Assembly: GCA_001662655.1 (NCBI GenBank)
Contig: KV460214.1
DNA length: 64,000 bases
Reading direction: 5' to 3' (one strand)
DNA from: Pseudogymnoascus verrucosus
Taxonomy: Eukaryota
This document shows positions 50,899 through 64,000 of the stretch, piece after piece. Under the pieces are notes generated by a model. That model saw only the letters and a program-made list of their open reading frames with translations. It did not search any database and had not been told where the DNA came from. The stretch's first letter is position 1; each line of letters begins with the position of its first letter. The translations under genes and the position numbers were made by a program.

Positions 50899-53491
50899 CT
50901 ACTGTTCGTTCCTAAACCAAGGGCGACCCTGTCCATATTCCAGGCCTGGATAATCCATCGGAACCGGCACTACCCCCTTAAATATTGAACTTATATCGAT
51001 ATCGTGGTCCTGCGCAGTCTGTTGGGGTGTAGTTGCCGGAGTGTCTGTGTTTTGTGATGCAGCGGATCGGTTCACCGGGATGACGACGCCACACTCCCAA
51101 TTCCGGCAATATAGCTTCACCTTCTTGGTGCTCTTGTTTTTGGTGAGGCGCCCCCAGGCGCTCTCCGAGAGGTTGGCACTCCCGACATACGCCCACGCTT
51201 TGCCCCGGTCTCCATCGGCATTCATGTGAGTTGGTGCGGTGAAGAGCAGCTTACTGTGAAGCAATAGCCCAGTCCTCTTGCTCTTGCAGTCTCGGAACAA
51301 TTCCTTCGGAAACTGTTCCCGGTGGTAATGCTTCGGATCAAGGCATATAGTACCCCCTGAATTGGTGCCATATTTGCTTGTTCGAACGGTTTCGTGGCTT
51401 GGAAACATGATACGGAAGCCTTCTTCCATCTCCATTAACAGTGTTTCTTCTTCAGGAGTGCGCTTTCTACTGGCTGGGGTGGTGCTTGTCCGCCAGGTAA
51501 GCTCCTTCAGGCCATCGTTTCCTAAATAGGATTAGCTTTTATATACCGATATTCATCGCTGTGCATACCTTTGCAAGCTAGAAGAATGGCCAGCATGAAA
51601 TCGTCCGTGAGGGCACCGATTGATGCAGACTAGTTGGGTCAGTTAGTTTATCAACATCTGTGACGAGCCTTTCACTTACAACGAATGTTACATTCAAAGG
51701 GTCGCTGTTGGCGAGTCCCAGTTCTTGAATTGCAGAACCAAGACCAGGGTAGCCGATGGTTTTCCAATCGTTTTCAGTGTGGTTGCCTCCACTATATGCT
51801 TATTAGTGACCAGAATTAACCATCTGAACCCACACTTACATCGAATGGACAAACGCCAGGCCTGCAGTTTGCGAGAAATCAAACTTCAAGAGACTATCGG
51901 TAATTTTGGAGTCCAACCCCTGAGCTTTCAAAAATCGTCGCAGTTCTCTACAAAATGGTGTAATGTTTTCAATGGATACAACCTCGTTGGCTGCCAACCT
52001 GGGCAGATCAATCAGGAAAACGGTCTGCCGAAGGTCAGCTAATTATTTGATATTAACAAAGATCAAAAATAGGTACACGTACGTTTTCCATTACTCCTGT
52101 TTCTCCCCAGTCGTATGGAACGAGATTGGCACTTGGTACGACGACTCTCAAATGGCTCGGGTGAGCAAGCAGCTGCAGTTTTGAGTGCATAGTGCTAACT
52201 GTTTCATCCTTGTTGGCAGGGAAGCAGAATCTCACATTACTTGGAGCACTCTTTCTGACTTCTTCTTGCTACATAGCATTAGTTTCAGTGGACATGAATA
52301 AGGATGTTTATTTAACAATAATATTGTTATTTCATTGGTCATATCCCCAGCAATTGAAATCCAAGAATGTCCATTGGGCAACAGTAATAAGCGGTGCATC
52401 TTTGTGCCTTATCTTCCTCTCCTGAAACTCCATTTAGGTTGAGGAAGATGACAGATGGTATAAAAAAATAAAAACAAACTTACATCGTCTCTAGATACTG
52501 CTTGAGCAATGAGTATGAGTTTAGTCCTCGCCATATTCACTTTCGAAAGGATCCATTCCTGATCCCACTGGAATGAGCTAAGGACTGCCAGATCAAGATC
52601 GTTTTTCTGGAGAACCTCCTCAATCTTTATGTCTCCCGATCTTGGAAAGCCAAACGCCCACGTCTGTTTGACGACACCATGTGGATATTGGACTCCAGAT
52701 CCCATTCGAGCCTGTTGGTCGTTGGATGGTCCGGCCTCTGGAATCTTGGCGTGCTTGAAGTCTTCCAATCTCCGGGTATCATCTGGACCAGGGGTGAAGC
52801 GCTCGATATCCGCAAGCACTGCTGGCTCTGACTTCATGAGCTGAGATGGTATCAGAAACTCAGCCGCAGCTTTCATGTGCATGGGATGCAACGCTACCTT
52901 GGAATCAGATTTGCCTGCAGCATTTCCGCCAGCTAGCTTGTCTGTGAGCGGTCGACCAGGCATCCCAGATGACTTCAGGCCTGAGCCTAACGTTGCCTTC
53001 TTCAGCGGCGGTTGGGCTACATCACTATTTTCTGGCTGTGATGAACTGGCCTTTCGTTTTTCTGCTCTTGCGAGCCGTTCTTCTTCCATTTTCTTCCGGT
53101 CAAGGCCACCAAGACCTGACATCATGGCTGTTGGCTTCTTAATATCAGATGGTTCGGTGATTTCTTTTCCAGTTTGATTCACAGGCTTGGTTGCAGCCTG
53201 GCTATTGGTGTGCTTTGTTTCTGGGCTTTGGACTTGTGGCCTTATCACCAGAGAACCTTCTCGCTTGATCTCATTATCTGATACAGCCGGACGTTTTTGG
53301 CCCGATCCAGGTGGAAGCTTGTCACGGATGGTCGGTTGGTCAAGGTCGTCAGTGTCTGTATCATCGTCACTGATAAGATCGATCACCACGGGCCATTTTG
53401 GTGCGGGTGAAGAAAGCTGTTCGGAGTCTTGCAAAGATAGAGCAATTGCTTTGTTCAAGTCATCATCCTCATCACTCGATTGGTGAGACAT
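50899..53491 (-). CDS. TDP1: Tyrosyl-DNA phosphodiesterase 1 family protein with N-terminal ubiquitin-interacting motif (multi-exon)
   Basis: UIM DDDLNKAIALSLQ; AVLSSFQWD, two PLD-type HxK motifs (MHSKLQLL, LHSKLLF), VVPSANL, WAYVGSANLSESAWG, CRNWECGV. Confidence 0.88.
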
Positions 53492-54104
53492 TGCATATCA
53501 GGTATCACCAGAGCCGGCGTGAGCTGTGATATTGTTTGTCGTGTTGAACAATCAAACGCGAGTCAGCAAAGAAACGGATGTCCAGTGGTGATATTCCGTG
53601 TCGAAGCACCTTACGATGGGCGGCTTTGAAGCATCAAATTATCAAATGTCATCCAAGGCCGCACCCCGATATCAGGCACGCCAGGACCGGTGTAAAACGA
53701 CGGCAAAAGGGGCAATGACAAGTGAACTTTCGAAAATAAAATTTAGGGAACAAGAACTTTGAAGCAGCAACTTTGTGCACACTTTTGAGTTGGTGTCGCC
53801 CGTAGAAGTGTTGTTGTTCACCGACTTATGAAGTTGAATGCTTATTTAGCTACTGGGACCCGTGTTTGGACCCTGAGTTGGAGATGTCACGTGCATTCAA
53901 CAAAATAGTAGAATGGAATGTATTGAAGCTGAATCTTGACCTCCGTAAGAATAGTGTTGTTTTCTAGTATTTTTATTTCATATGGCGTTTTTAATATAAC
54001 AAGGTGGCCACTTCGTCAGATTACCCGGCTTTGTTACTATTTTCCACATTAAGAAACCATATTTAAATATCCTTGCAAATCTTAAAAAATATTTATTTAT
54101 TTAT

Positions 54105-55660
54105 TTAAATTGGGGTATCTTTTGGAGTAGTTTCGCTTCCAAGATCAGTGGCAATAGCCTCAAGCTGCGCACCATTTGTTGTGGCCTCAGTTTGAAGCTG
54201 CCTTGGAACTCTCGGCGGCCTGTTCAGCTTCCTTAGCTTCCCCCTATGCCCCCTACTTTGCATATGAAAGTTCCAATTCGCCTCTGTAACGGCCGTTACA
54301 TTGCAGACATCACAAGTCTGGCGTATCCAGAGGTCCGGCCTGTCTCCGAAATCAAAGTCTCTACTAGGAGTTAGGAACTCCGCGGCCGCTGGTGACATTT
54401 CTGTCGGCGGCGATAAGTCTAATCCACTCAAAAAATCCCCGCAAACCTTTATAGCTTTGCCAGAAACGTCGTGATTGAAGTTGCTAACATCACTCCCATC
54501 CAATAAATAGAGGTTTCGAAGCGAGTCTGCCTTCTTCAGAGCTATCAACAGCTTGAGCCGGATCCAACGGACTTGGCGCTTTGCATATTGGCGAGTAGCT
54601 GCTTTTGTCTGCTCGATCGAGAGGGCCAAAGCTTTGCTTTTATCTTTCTCGGTCGTTGCTGGATCTGTAATAGTTGACAAATACGGGCTGAACTCCTTGA
54701 AGCCAATGGATACCCATATACCCCTCGTCAGATCCGGAGGCCGAGAGGCAGCGGTTTCGAGTTCCAGGAGCTTCTGGAGCGTCTGCACTTCTTCAATGAG
54801 TCCATTTTCGACCATTTTGTCAACTCTGGCATCGAGCCTGCTCTTTAAAGCCTTTTGTCCAGCATGAACCCAGAAGAGGATTGTCGACTCCAATGAGATT
54901 ATTCGATCTTGCTCCTCTAAATTCGGAGAGACACCATCTTGTCGTGGCGCACTCTTGCGCTCCCTTTGCTTTGCGTAAACATCCGAAGCTTTCTGGCCTT
55001 GGGTCAAGTATATTTCTAGCGAACGTTGTATCCTCCGCCTATCTTTCGGGTGCCACCTATCCGCCATGACGGGATCGACTTCCCTCAGCTTCGCAAGGAT
55101 TTCTTCCGTGCTTGCCGCTAGAATAGGGTGATTTCGCGAACACTCGTCAATTTCCGGATTTCCATCTTGTGGAGGTTCTATCTTCTCGTCGGTGTCCTCA
55201 ATCAAATGGTCGTCAAACAGTAGTGATTGCGTATAATAGTGGGTGCCGCCAACTAGTATAGGTAGCCGGCCCCTTGACCGAATTTCTTCTATGATACCCT
55301 CCGCCTTGCGTTTAAAGACGCCAACGTGCCACGGCTCTTCATCCAGTGAGACATTCCCTATTAAGTGGTGTGGGACCCCTTGTTGCTCTGCTGGAGTTAT
55401 TTTGTTGGTTACGATAGGCAACCCAGTGTACATCTGCATCGCGTCGCCATTGATAATTTCGCCATTGTAACGGAGAGCCAGGTCAACTGCTAGCTAAAAA
55501 GGGTCAGCTTCTAACATCGAGACCGAGGGTGGTTATAAAGAGTATAACATACCTGAGATTTTCCTGTGCCTGTTGCGCCCAGGACAATCACCAGCGGTCT
55601 ATTGGGCGGTGTGCGTCGCATGATCGTATCTTTAAGATACCTGAGCAGTGGCCGGAACAT
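54105..55660 (-). CDS. MOD5: tRNA dimethylallyl(isopentenyl)transferase with C-terminal zinc finger, 2 exons
   Basis: LGATGTGKS P-loop, INGDAMQMYTGLPIVTNK, PILVGGTHYY, WHPKDRRRIQRSLEI, SIGFKEF, TRQYAKRQVRWI, CDVC...HMQSRGH. Confidence 0.97.
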
Positions 55661-56063
55661 GAGAAGCCCATCTCAGCTATGGGCGAAGAAATGTGAAGTC
55701 TTCATCGAAAGTAAACCAGTGAACAAAGTTCGCAGGTTTCCAACCCGATGACCGAGAATTAGAAAACCATCAGGTCCTTATCGCTTATCGAAAGCGCAGG
55801 GACGTTATATTAAGACATCACGTGGTTCCCCATTGAGGTAAATGTGTCTTTCTAGAATCCCCACAAAAAGCTGAAGCGAAGGTCAGTTCCCTGAGCTGTA
55901 ACCTTACTTATTCCGTGCCTTTCCATCTTGACACATCACACGAGAACACATTGCGATTCGCGGCAGCAAGCAGGAGACCGACATATTCATTTCTTGTCGT
56001 TCCTTAACTGGTGTTCTTCTTTCCATTCCACGTCTGTGAGGTTTGAGATAACAAACCGCCAAG

Positions 56064-57637
56064 ATGAGTGGCCGTACGTGTTTATGCCTCCCTAAAATGA
56101 GATCTCCACGTCAGCGGCGCGCAATTGCACATCAATGGCTAACATTTTGATCTCTCTGCAGTCCGATTCCTAGACCTCATCAAGCCCTTTACGCCGTTCC
56201 TCCCTGAGGTTCAGCAGCCGGAAACCAAGGTTCCATTCAACCAAAAGTTGATGTGGACTGGCTTGACGCTGTTGATCTTCTTGGTTATGAGCCAGATGCC
56301 ATTATACGGCATTGTGTCCTCAGATACCTCCGATCCTCTCTACTGGCTGCGCATGATGCTGGCGAGTAACAGAGGAACTCTGATGGAATTGGGTATTTCG
56401 CCAATTATCTCGTCCGGCATGGTGTTCCAGCTTCTTGCTGGCACCCACCTCATCGATGTCAACCTTGACCTGAAGTCCGACCGTGAGCTGTACCAAACCG
56501 CTCAGAAGCTCTTCGCTATCATCCTCTCTATGGGACAGGCCACCGTGTATGTCTTCACTGGTCTTTACGGACAGCCATCTGACCTCGGCGCTGGCGTTGT
56601 CTTCCTCCTCATCCTTCAATTGGTTGTGGCTGGTCTTATTGTTATCCTCCTCGATGAGCTTCTCCAGAAGGGATACGGACTTGGAAGCGGTATCTCTCTC
56701 TTCATTGCTACCAACATTTGCGAGTCTATCATCTGGAAGGCGTTCTCGCCCACCACCATCAACACTGGACGTGGCCCAGAGTTCGAGGGAGCTGTCATTG
56801 CACTGTTCCACCTCCTCCTCACCTGGCCCAACAAGCAGCGCGCTCTCCAGGAGGCGTTCTACCGCCAAAACCTCCCCAACATCATGAACTTGATCGCGAC
56901 CCTCCTCGTCTTCTCCGCTGTCATCTACCTCCAGGGTTTCCGTGTCGAGATCCCAGTCAAGTCGTCCCGCCAGCGTGGCGCTCGCGGATCTTACCCAGTC
57001 CGCCTCTTCTACACCTCGAACATGCCCATTATGCTGCAGTCCGCCCTGTCTTCCAACGTCTTCCTCATCTCCCAGATGCTCTACTCGCGCTTCTCTGAGA
57101 ACCTCCTCGTCCGTCTTTTCGGTATCTGGGAGGCTAAGGAGGGATCTGCCCAGCTCTTCGCTACTTCCGGTGTCGCATACTACATGTCTCCTCCATTGAA
57201 CTTCACTGAGGCGCTTCTCGACCCTATCCACACCGCGGTCTACATCGCCTACATGCTCATCGCCTGCGCCGTCTTCTCCAAGACCTGGATTGAGGTTTCC
57301 GGCTCCAGCCCAAGAGACGTCGCCAAGCAGCTCAAGGACCAAGGACTCGTCATGGCTGGCCACAGAGAGCAGAGCATGTACAAGGAGCTTAAGAGAATCA
57401 TCCCAACTGCCGCTGCTTTCGGAGGTGCTTGCATTGGTGGTCTGTCTGTCATGAGCGACCTGATGGGAGCTCTCGGATCTGGAACTGGTATCCTGTTGGC
57501 TGTCACGTAAGTTTAATACCCCGAATTGTCACTACGGAACAATTGCTAATTTGTCAAACAGTATTATCTACGGATACTTTGAGATCGCCGCGAAGGAGGG
57601 CGACATGGCCGGGATGAAGGGTATGATTATGGGCTAA
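56064..57637 (+). CDS. SEC61: Protein translocon subunit Sec61 alpha (3 exons)
   Basis: [84 protein letters not shown]. Confidence 0.99.
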
Positions 57638-59312
57638 TAGGGCATTATATTTGGGATGGGAATATACTGTCACAATAAGGGACCCAGAATCAGAGATTCC
57701 TGGGGACCTATGTAAATCTATGGCACAAAGCGTTGGGATGGGAGTTTTATTATGACAAAAAAAAAAGGTTTAAATGCATTTGCGGTGGATCGGGGACATC
57801 TATATACTAATAGACAATACGCACACCCGTTTGTATCTATATTACCCCGAACTGAGCGAAAGACCGCCCGCGCGTGCTGCCAATTCATTATTTTGCACAT
57901 AAACGTACATATGGTAACTGTAATCACACTTGCACGTAAATACGGATCCGGCTTGGATTCACGGGACGCAACGCCCCCTACACTGAGACACTCTCACCGC
58001 CCATCGGCATGCTTACTTACTTACTTCCTCCCATATTCCAAAGCGGTAGCCCTGAGCGCGGATGCATCATTTCAGACCGCGATATCACTATCATTGGCGG
58101 CGCATCTAGCCCACGGGATGCAAGGCAGGTCGCATGGGCTGCATCGGGGTTTTCGGGTTCGCCATTTTTTCTAGGTGTAAGCCACACGCGCAGGGATGGA
58201 GATTGGAAGGGGGCGGGGGACGGAAGGGGCGGACAGATGACGATTTTGGGGGTCCCGACGCGTGCTGTGCTGCTGCCTGGGGAGGTGGTTGTTGTTGTGA
58301 TGGATGAGGAAGGGGGAGGTGGTGTTTGGTTGGTGATGGAGGGATGAATTAGCCTTGCTGTATGTAAGTGTTATCGTGGATATGCTGGTGATGTTTCTAT
58401 ACTCTACATACATATATTATATGCGGTGGCTGGTCAATCAGTCTCGTTGCGTATGTAATGTATGTATACTGTAATTATACGGTGTACGGCGCGACATGTT
58501 GTACTGAAACCCCACTTATTGAGAGCCGCACCCAGTTTTTGGCGATGCGTGGATGCGTGACACTGACACTACTGCACGAACGGCCGTGTCTCATAGGACG
58601 ACGCATTGGGGTTTTGCATGGTTTGCATGGGATTGACATTATTTTGGAGTGAGGGGTAGCTTTCCCGGTGTCGGCATGACTTTGATAAGAGCTCCGACCC
58701 TCCTTTCTAGGACAAGCTCCAACATCCTTCAGATATACTAAAATGTTGCAGCACACTTGTAAGCAGATAGAGCGTGAGTATGACTCGTAGGGGAACCTTG
58801 CATCATCACACACCGAGTATTGGTAAACAATATCACAGTTCGGAGCCTAGATGAGTGTAAATGCAAGGGATAATGCAAGCAAACAACTGCTTCTTGATTG
58901 ATTATTGGGTATATGAAAGGTTGCGCGTAAATACTTATCTGCACGCACTGTGCATCCTACTCCACAATCACATACATACTGCTGTACTCCTTGCTTAATA
59001 AAGCTTTTCTCTGCGTCTCTTACTGGAACACTTCCTGCATACACCACAACAAAGTCCACAAAGTCCACACAGTACTAGAAGCCAGGTGGGGTCGTCCTTC
59101 ACGTGGGGCCCCGTATTAACGTTACGCTGCTTGGGTGAATTGGGTGAAATTCACTAGCATCACTACCAAAATGCACTAACGCCGGCCCAAATTTCGTTCG
59201 CGACCTTCCCAAAAGTAAACCGAGACCCGTTGGAGTGGAGTGCATATCTCACTCAACCACCACCACCAAAACAGTGTCTTGTCTTGTCTTCCCCCCCAGA
59301 CACCGGCAACGA

Positions 59313-59340
59313 TCTTCTTCTTCTTCTTCTCCTTCTTCTT
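59313..59340. repeat. (CTT)n microsatellite in the ABC transporter upstream/leader region
   Basis: tcttcttcttcttcttctccttcttctt. Confidence 0.85.
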
Positions 59341-59402
59341 ACGACAGGTCACTTCCATAAAGGTCCACCCCGCAGCAGATACACGAAGAGTTTATCGTGT
59401 GT

Positions 59403-59447
59403 ATGCAGGACCGACAAGACATCCCGGTGTCAACGTCTGGGCTCTGA
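59403..59447 (+). promoter_or_regulatory. Candidate 14-codon uORF in the ABC transporter leader
   Basis: ATG CAG GAC...CTC TGA (MQDRQDIPVSTSGL*), in frame with the main ATG and ending 15 nt before it. Confidence 0.4.
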
Positions 59448-59462
59448 GAAAAGTTGCTGCCA

Positions 59463-62400
59463 ATGGAGTCTGACTTCGGGGCAAAACATGAGCTGGGCAA
59501 CTGCTCATGGCCCATCTGGCAGCTCGATGACTTCTCGAATTGCTTCCAGAGAGAGTGAGTTTTTACCCGATGAATTTCACCAAGCCCGAACGCATTGACT
59601 GATCGTGAATTTCACAGCTACCTAAAAGTGCTTCTCCCGCTCGTCGCCTTCTCGCTCTCCTTCCTCCTAATCATATCCCAAGCTATCCAGCGCAAGATCG
59701 CAGCGCGGAGGAATCGCGTCGCCGGATACGAACCGCTGAGCAATGGCAATACTGCCTTTGGTGTTTCCGAGCACCGCGAAAATGGCGACCTGGACTCGGA
59801 TGCCGACAGAGAGAGCGAAGAGGAGGCCTTGACCATTGGAGCAGGGCGATTGGCGTTGGCGAAGAAAAACACCGCCGGATCAGTGGGCGTGCTCGACCGT
59901 CCGAGGGCCCAGTACAGCATGGTTATAATCGAGGAGTTGGCGCTCTTGGGCCTCATTGCTGTCAGCGCTACGGCATTTGCGACGCAGGCTTATGGGCCGA
60001 ATGGCGGGCAGGCCGCGGTGGCTCAGGGATTGACTTGGGTGTATATATTCATTCTTGCGACTTTTCGATTGGTGCTTTCGGATACGAAATATAGGATACC
60101 GAGGCTTTGGGATCATACGGCGGTTCTGTACACGACGATGTGGACTCTCCAGATTATCATCTTCCGCTCGGTGATCATACACCCTCGTACTAGATTGACC
60201 CAGGTCCTTGTTATCCTGGAATTCTCCCTCACGACTCTACTATTTGGCATCGCCCTCACGACACGCAAGGGCAACAAGGCAGTGGTTATGGAATGGGAGG
60301 GCGACATTGAGCCTTCCCGGGAGCCATTGGCCAGTTTATTCTCTCTCGCCACGTTTTCATGGGTGGATTCTATTGTATATACGGGTTACATTAAGACGCT
60401 GGAAATAACCGATGTGTGGAACCTGACGCCAAAGGATAAAACCGCGGCCGTTTTGGAGCGCTATCGCCAGCTGCCCAAGACCATGAAGCTTATGTGGCAC
60501 CTCCTCCGTTTCTTCCGTGGCAAGTTGATTGCACAATGCGTCTACGCATTCTTCTCCGCTTGGTTCACTTTTATGCCAACTCTACTGCTGAAATCCATCT
60601 TGGAGTACATCGAAGATCCGGGTGAGACTCCAAGGAACGTTATCTGGCTGTATGTTATCCTTCTCGCCTTCACCGACATCATCAGATCTCTACTCGACCA
60701 GCAAGCTCTATGGATCGGAAGAAAGGTGTGCATTCAGCTTCGCGCCATTATCATTGGTGAACTCTATGCCAAGGCCCTCCGTCGTAAGGCAGCGGCAAGC
60801 AGCGATACGGTTCTGGGAGAGAAGCAAGGCAAAGAGGATGCCGATAAGCCCAGCCGACTAAGCAGACTCTTTGGCTTTGCCAAGAAGAAGGAACCTGATA
60901 ACAAGTCTGCTACACAAGCACCAGAGGCGTTGGTTGGCGGTGCTGCTGCCAACAAGAGTGATAGCGACGCTCAAGTTAACGTTGGAACTATCATTAACTT
61001 GATGTCCGTTGATTCTTTTAAGGTGGCTGAGATTAGCAGTTACCTTCACTTCCTGCTCTCCTCTGGACCAACCCAACTGGTCGTCAGTGTTATTCTCCTC
61101 TACCAAGTTCTAGGCTGGAGTTCAATTCCAGGACTCATCGTCATGCTCTTCCTACTCCCCATCAACATTGGATTTGCGTTCGCCTTTGGAAAAGCGCAGA
61201 AGAAGATCATGGCGGCAACCGATAAACGAATCCACACTACCAACGAGATCCTGCAAAATATCCGCGTCATCAAGTTTTTTGCTTGGGAGCATCGCTTCAG
61301 CACCATGATCAGCGAAAAGAGAAAGGCTGAGCTCAAGCAACTGCGCGGTAGATTTATCATTTGGTCTTTTGCCGTGGCGGTTTGGAATACTGTGCCTGTG
61401 GCAATCACCTTCTTCTCGTTCCTCGTGTACACAATGATTGAGAAGAAGCCGCTTTATCCTTCCGTTGCATTTACCGCTATCTCGCTCTTCAACATTCTGA
61501 GAGTGCCTCTCGACCAGCTTGGTGACATGATTGCCCACGTCAACGAATCTAGTGTCTCTATCACCCGTGTGGAGGAGTTCCTTAACGAGGATGAGACTGA
61601 GAAGTACGATCAGCTCGCTCATGATAACGTCGATGAGAATGGAAACGAGATTATTGGATTCGACAACGGATGCTTTTCGTGGGCCAGCAAGGACGAAGTG
61701 GTTGCCGAAGGTGGAACCCCCGCTTTCCGACTGATGGATCTGGATATCAGATTCGCTGTTGGCAAGCTTAATATTATCGCCGGCCCAACCGGCTCTGGAA
61801 AGACCTCGTTGATCATGGCTCTTCTTGGAGAGATGTCCAGGATCAGCGGTGAGGTTCATCTTCCTGGTGGCTATAGCCGTGAAGATGTTCGCCCCGACCC
61901 CGATACTGGCCTTACCGAGAGCGTCGCCTACTGTGCTCAGCAAGCTTGGCTCGTTAATGCGAACATCAAACAGAACATTCTATTCGCACAGGAGCTTGAT
62001 GAGAAGAGATACAGGGACGTTATCATCGCCTGCGCACTGGAGAGAGATTTAGACATTTTGGATCACGGCGACGAGACCCTTGTTGGTGAGAAGGGCATCA
62101 CACTCTCTGGCGGACAGAAGCAACGTATTTCGCTTGCGAGAGCTCTATACTCGAACTCCAGACATCTACTCCTGGACGACTGCTTGAGCGCTGTCGACTC
62201 TCACACCGCTAAATGGATCTTCGACAACTGCATCACCGGGCCTCTTATGAGAAACCGAACTTGTATCCTGGTCTCCCACAACCTCGCACTGTGTGTTCCC
62301 TCCGCCGAGCACGTTGTCGTACTTGATAACGGAAGAATTACTGTCCAGGGTAACCCTCTCCGCGTTATCTCATCTGGAAAGCTTGGCGAGGACTTGCCTC

Positions 62401-64000
62401 TGCAGTTGAGCAGCGCCGGCCTGGTTTCTCAGATCCCATCTCGTGTACCATCGTCTGTTGGCGAGCAGAGTGATAAGACATTGATAGATACCCCCGCTGA
62501 AGCGAATGAGGACGGCACGACGGATGCAGCAAAGCCCCCGAAGAAAGTTAACAAGCCACAGGATGCAATGGAAGAGTCCAAGGCTGTCGGCAGCGTCAAA
62601 TTCGAGACTACGGTTATTTACTTGAAGGCCATGGGCCCCTGGTGGTTCTGGGTTCTTGCAGTCATCGTCTTCGGCGTGCAGCAACTGGCCGCGGTTTCGA
62701 GCAATGTCTGGATCAGGGAGTGGGCCAACCAATACGACCTACCTGAAGAAGCTGGGAAGCAATTCATTTCTACAACTGGGTTCCTTGCTAACCCGGCCGC
62801 CTCGAACGCCATGTCAAATACCCAGGGACTCGCTAGGTTCATTCCGTACTTCAGTGATGAGTGGTCGCTCAAGGCGCTCATTGCTCCAGATGTGGATGTC
62901 AAGTACTACCTCATTGTGTACGCTGCGATTGGACTTGGTGGAATGTTTGTGGCTCTATTCAGGGATCTTTGGCTCTTTTACGGATCGCTCACGGCTTCGT
63001 GGAGTATCCACCAGGATCTTATCCACTCCGTCACCCGGGCGCAATTCAAATTCTTCGACGTCACGCCTCTTGGTCAGATTATGAACCGCTTCTCTAAGGA
63101 TCTCGAGTCTATCGATCAGCAAATCGCACCTGTGGCTATTGGCGTTGCTAGTTGTGCACTGGCGATTGTGGTGACCATCACTCTTATTAGTGCAATCACT
63201 CCCGGTTTCCTCATCGCTGCAGCTTTCATTAGCGTAATTTACTTCCTTATTGGACGATTCTACCTCAGGTCGTCTAGAGATTTGAAGAGATTGGAGTCTG
63301 TTCAGAGAAGTCCTCTGTTCCAACAGTTCGGCGAGACTCTGACTGGTATCACCACTATTCGTGCTTATGGTGATGAGAAGCGTTTCATTCGCGACAATGC
63401 CGTTCGTGTCGATACCTACAATCGCCCATTCATCTACCTCTGGGCAGCCAACAGATGGCTCTCCTTCCGTATCGACGTTGTTGGAGATCTGGTTGCTTTA
63501 TTCGCCGGAATGTTTGTCATCTTCAGCATCGGCAGCATCGATGCCGGATCCGCAGGTCTGTCTCTCGGATACGCCATCACCTTCACCGAGAACGTGTTGT
63601 GGCTCGTCAGACTCTATGCCATTTACGAGCAGAACATGAACTCGGTGGAGCGAATCAAGGAATACCTCGACGTCGAGCAAGAGGCCGAAGCCGAGAACGA
63701 GAAGACCCAGCCTGCGGCGAACTGGCCCAGCCAGGGATCGGTCGAGTTCATCAACTACACCACCCGCTACAGAGCCGACCTTGACCCAGTTCTCCGTAAC
63801 GTCACCGTCAAGATCAACCCCTTGGAGAAGGTCGGCATCGTCGGCCGCACGGGAGCAGGCAAGAGTTCTCTCGCCCTCGCTCTCTTCCGCGGCCTCGAAG
63901 CAGAGGAAGGCAAGATCCTCATCGACGGCGTCGACATCGGACTCATTGGCCTCCGCGACCTGCGCGAGTCCATCACCATCGTCCCTCAAGACCCAACCCT
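59463..64000 (+). CDS. ABCC/MRP-type ABC transporter (Ybt1/Bpt1-like), 3' end outside the window
   Basis: Exon 1 MESDFGAKHELGNCSWPIWQLDDFSNCFQR, intron ~59555-59617, then an open frame with TMD0/TMD1, NBD1 (GPTGSGKTS, LSGGQKQRISLAR, LLDDCLSAVD), TMD2 (FFDVTPLGQIMNRFSKD) and NBD2 Walker A (GRTGAGKSS). Confidence 0.95.

Noticed and set aside
56320..57363. Long antisense ORFs opposite SEC61 (also LYS9, actin and the ABC gene)
   Set aside because: Shadow frames caused by strong codon bias in the sense genes.

Overview
Gene-dense, intron-containing DNA from a filamentous ascomycete (Pezizomycotina; Leotiomycetes is plausible but cannot be proven here). A ~6 kb gene-free, low-complexity region is followed by about 23 protein-coding genes that I spliced by hand: TOM40, a PFK-2/FBPase-2 family gene, CBP80, mitochondrial uL5m (MRPL7), FES1, actin, SEC8, SMI1/KNR4, VPS68, a mitochondrial GGQ release-factor-like gene, an SPT small subunit, CENP-I/Mis6, a stand-alone GH3-C-like protein, LYS9, an orphan ORF, TRS120, MMM1, CRD1, a divergent Gti1/Pac2 (WOPR) transcription factor, a UIM-TDP1, MOD5, SEC61 and an ABCC transporter truncated by the window end. 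I saw no tRNA, rRNA, CRISPR array or intact transposon. The most unusual items are recurrent C/A-to-G/T strand-skew inversions that ignore gene orientation, the intronless divergent WOPR gene with a nested repeat array and a repeated upstream motif, the catalytic-domain-less GH3-C-like protein, a GC-AG intron in CENP-I, and a non-coding-enriched TACWGTA motif. Family assignments come from recognising motifs, not from database searches.
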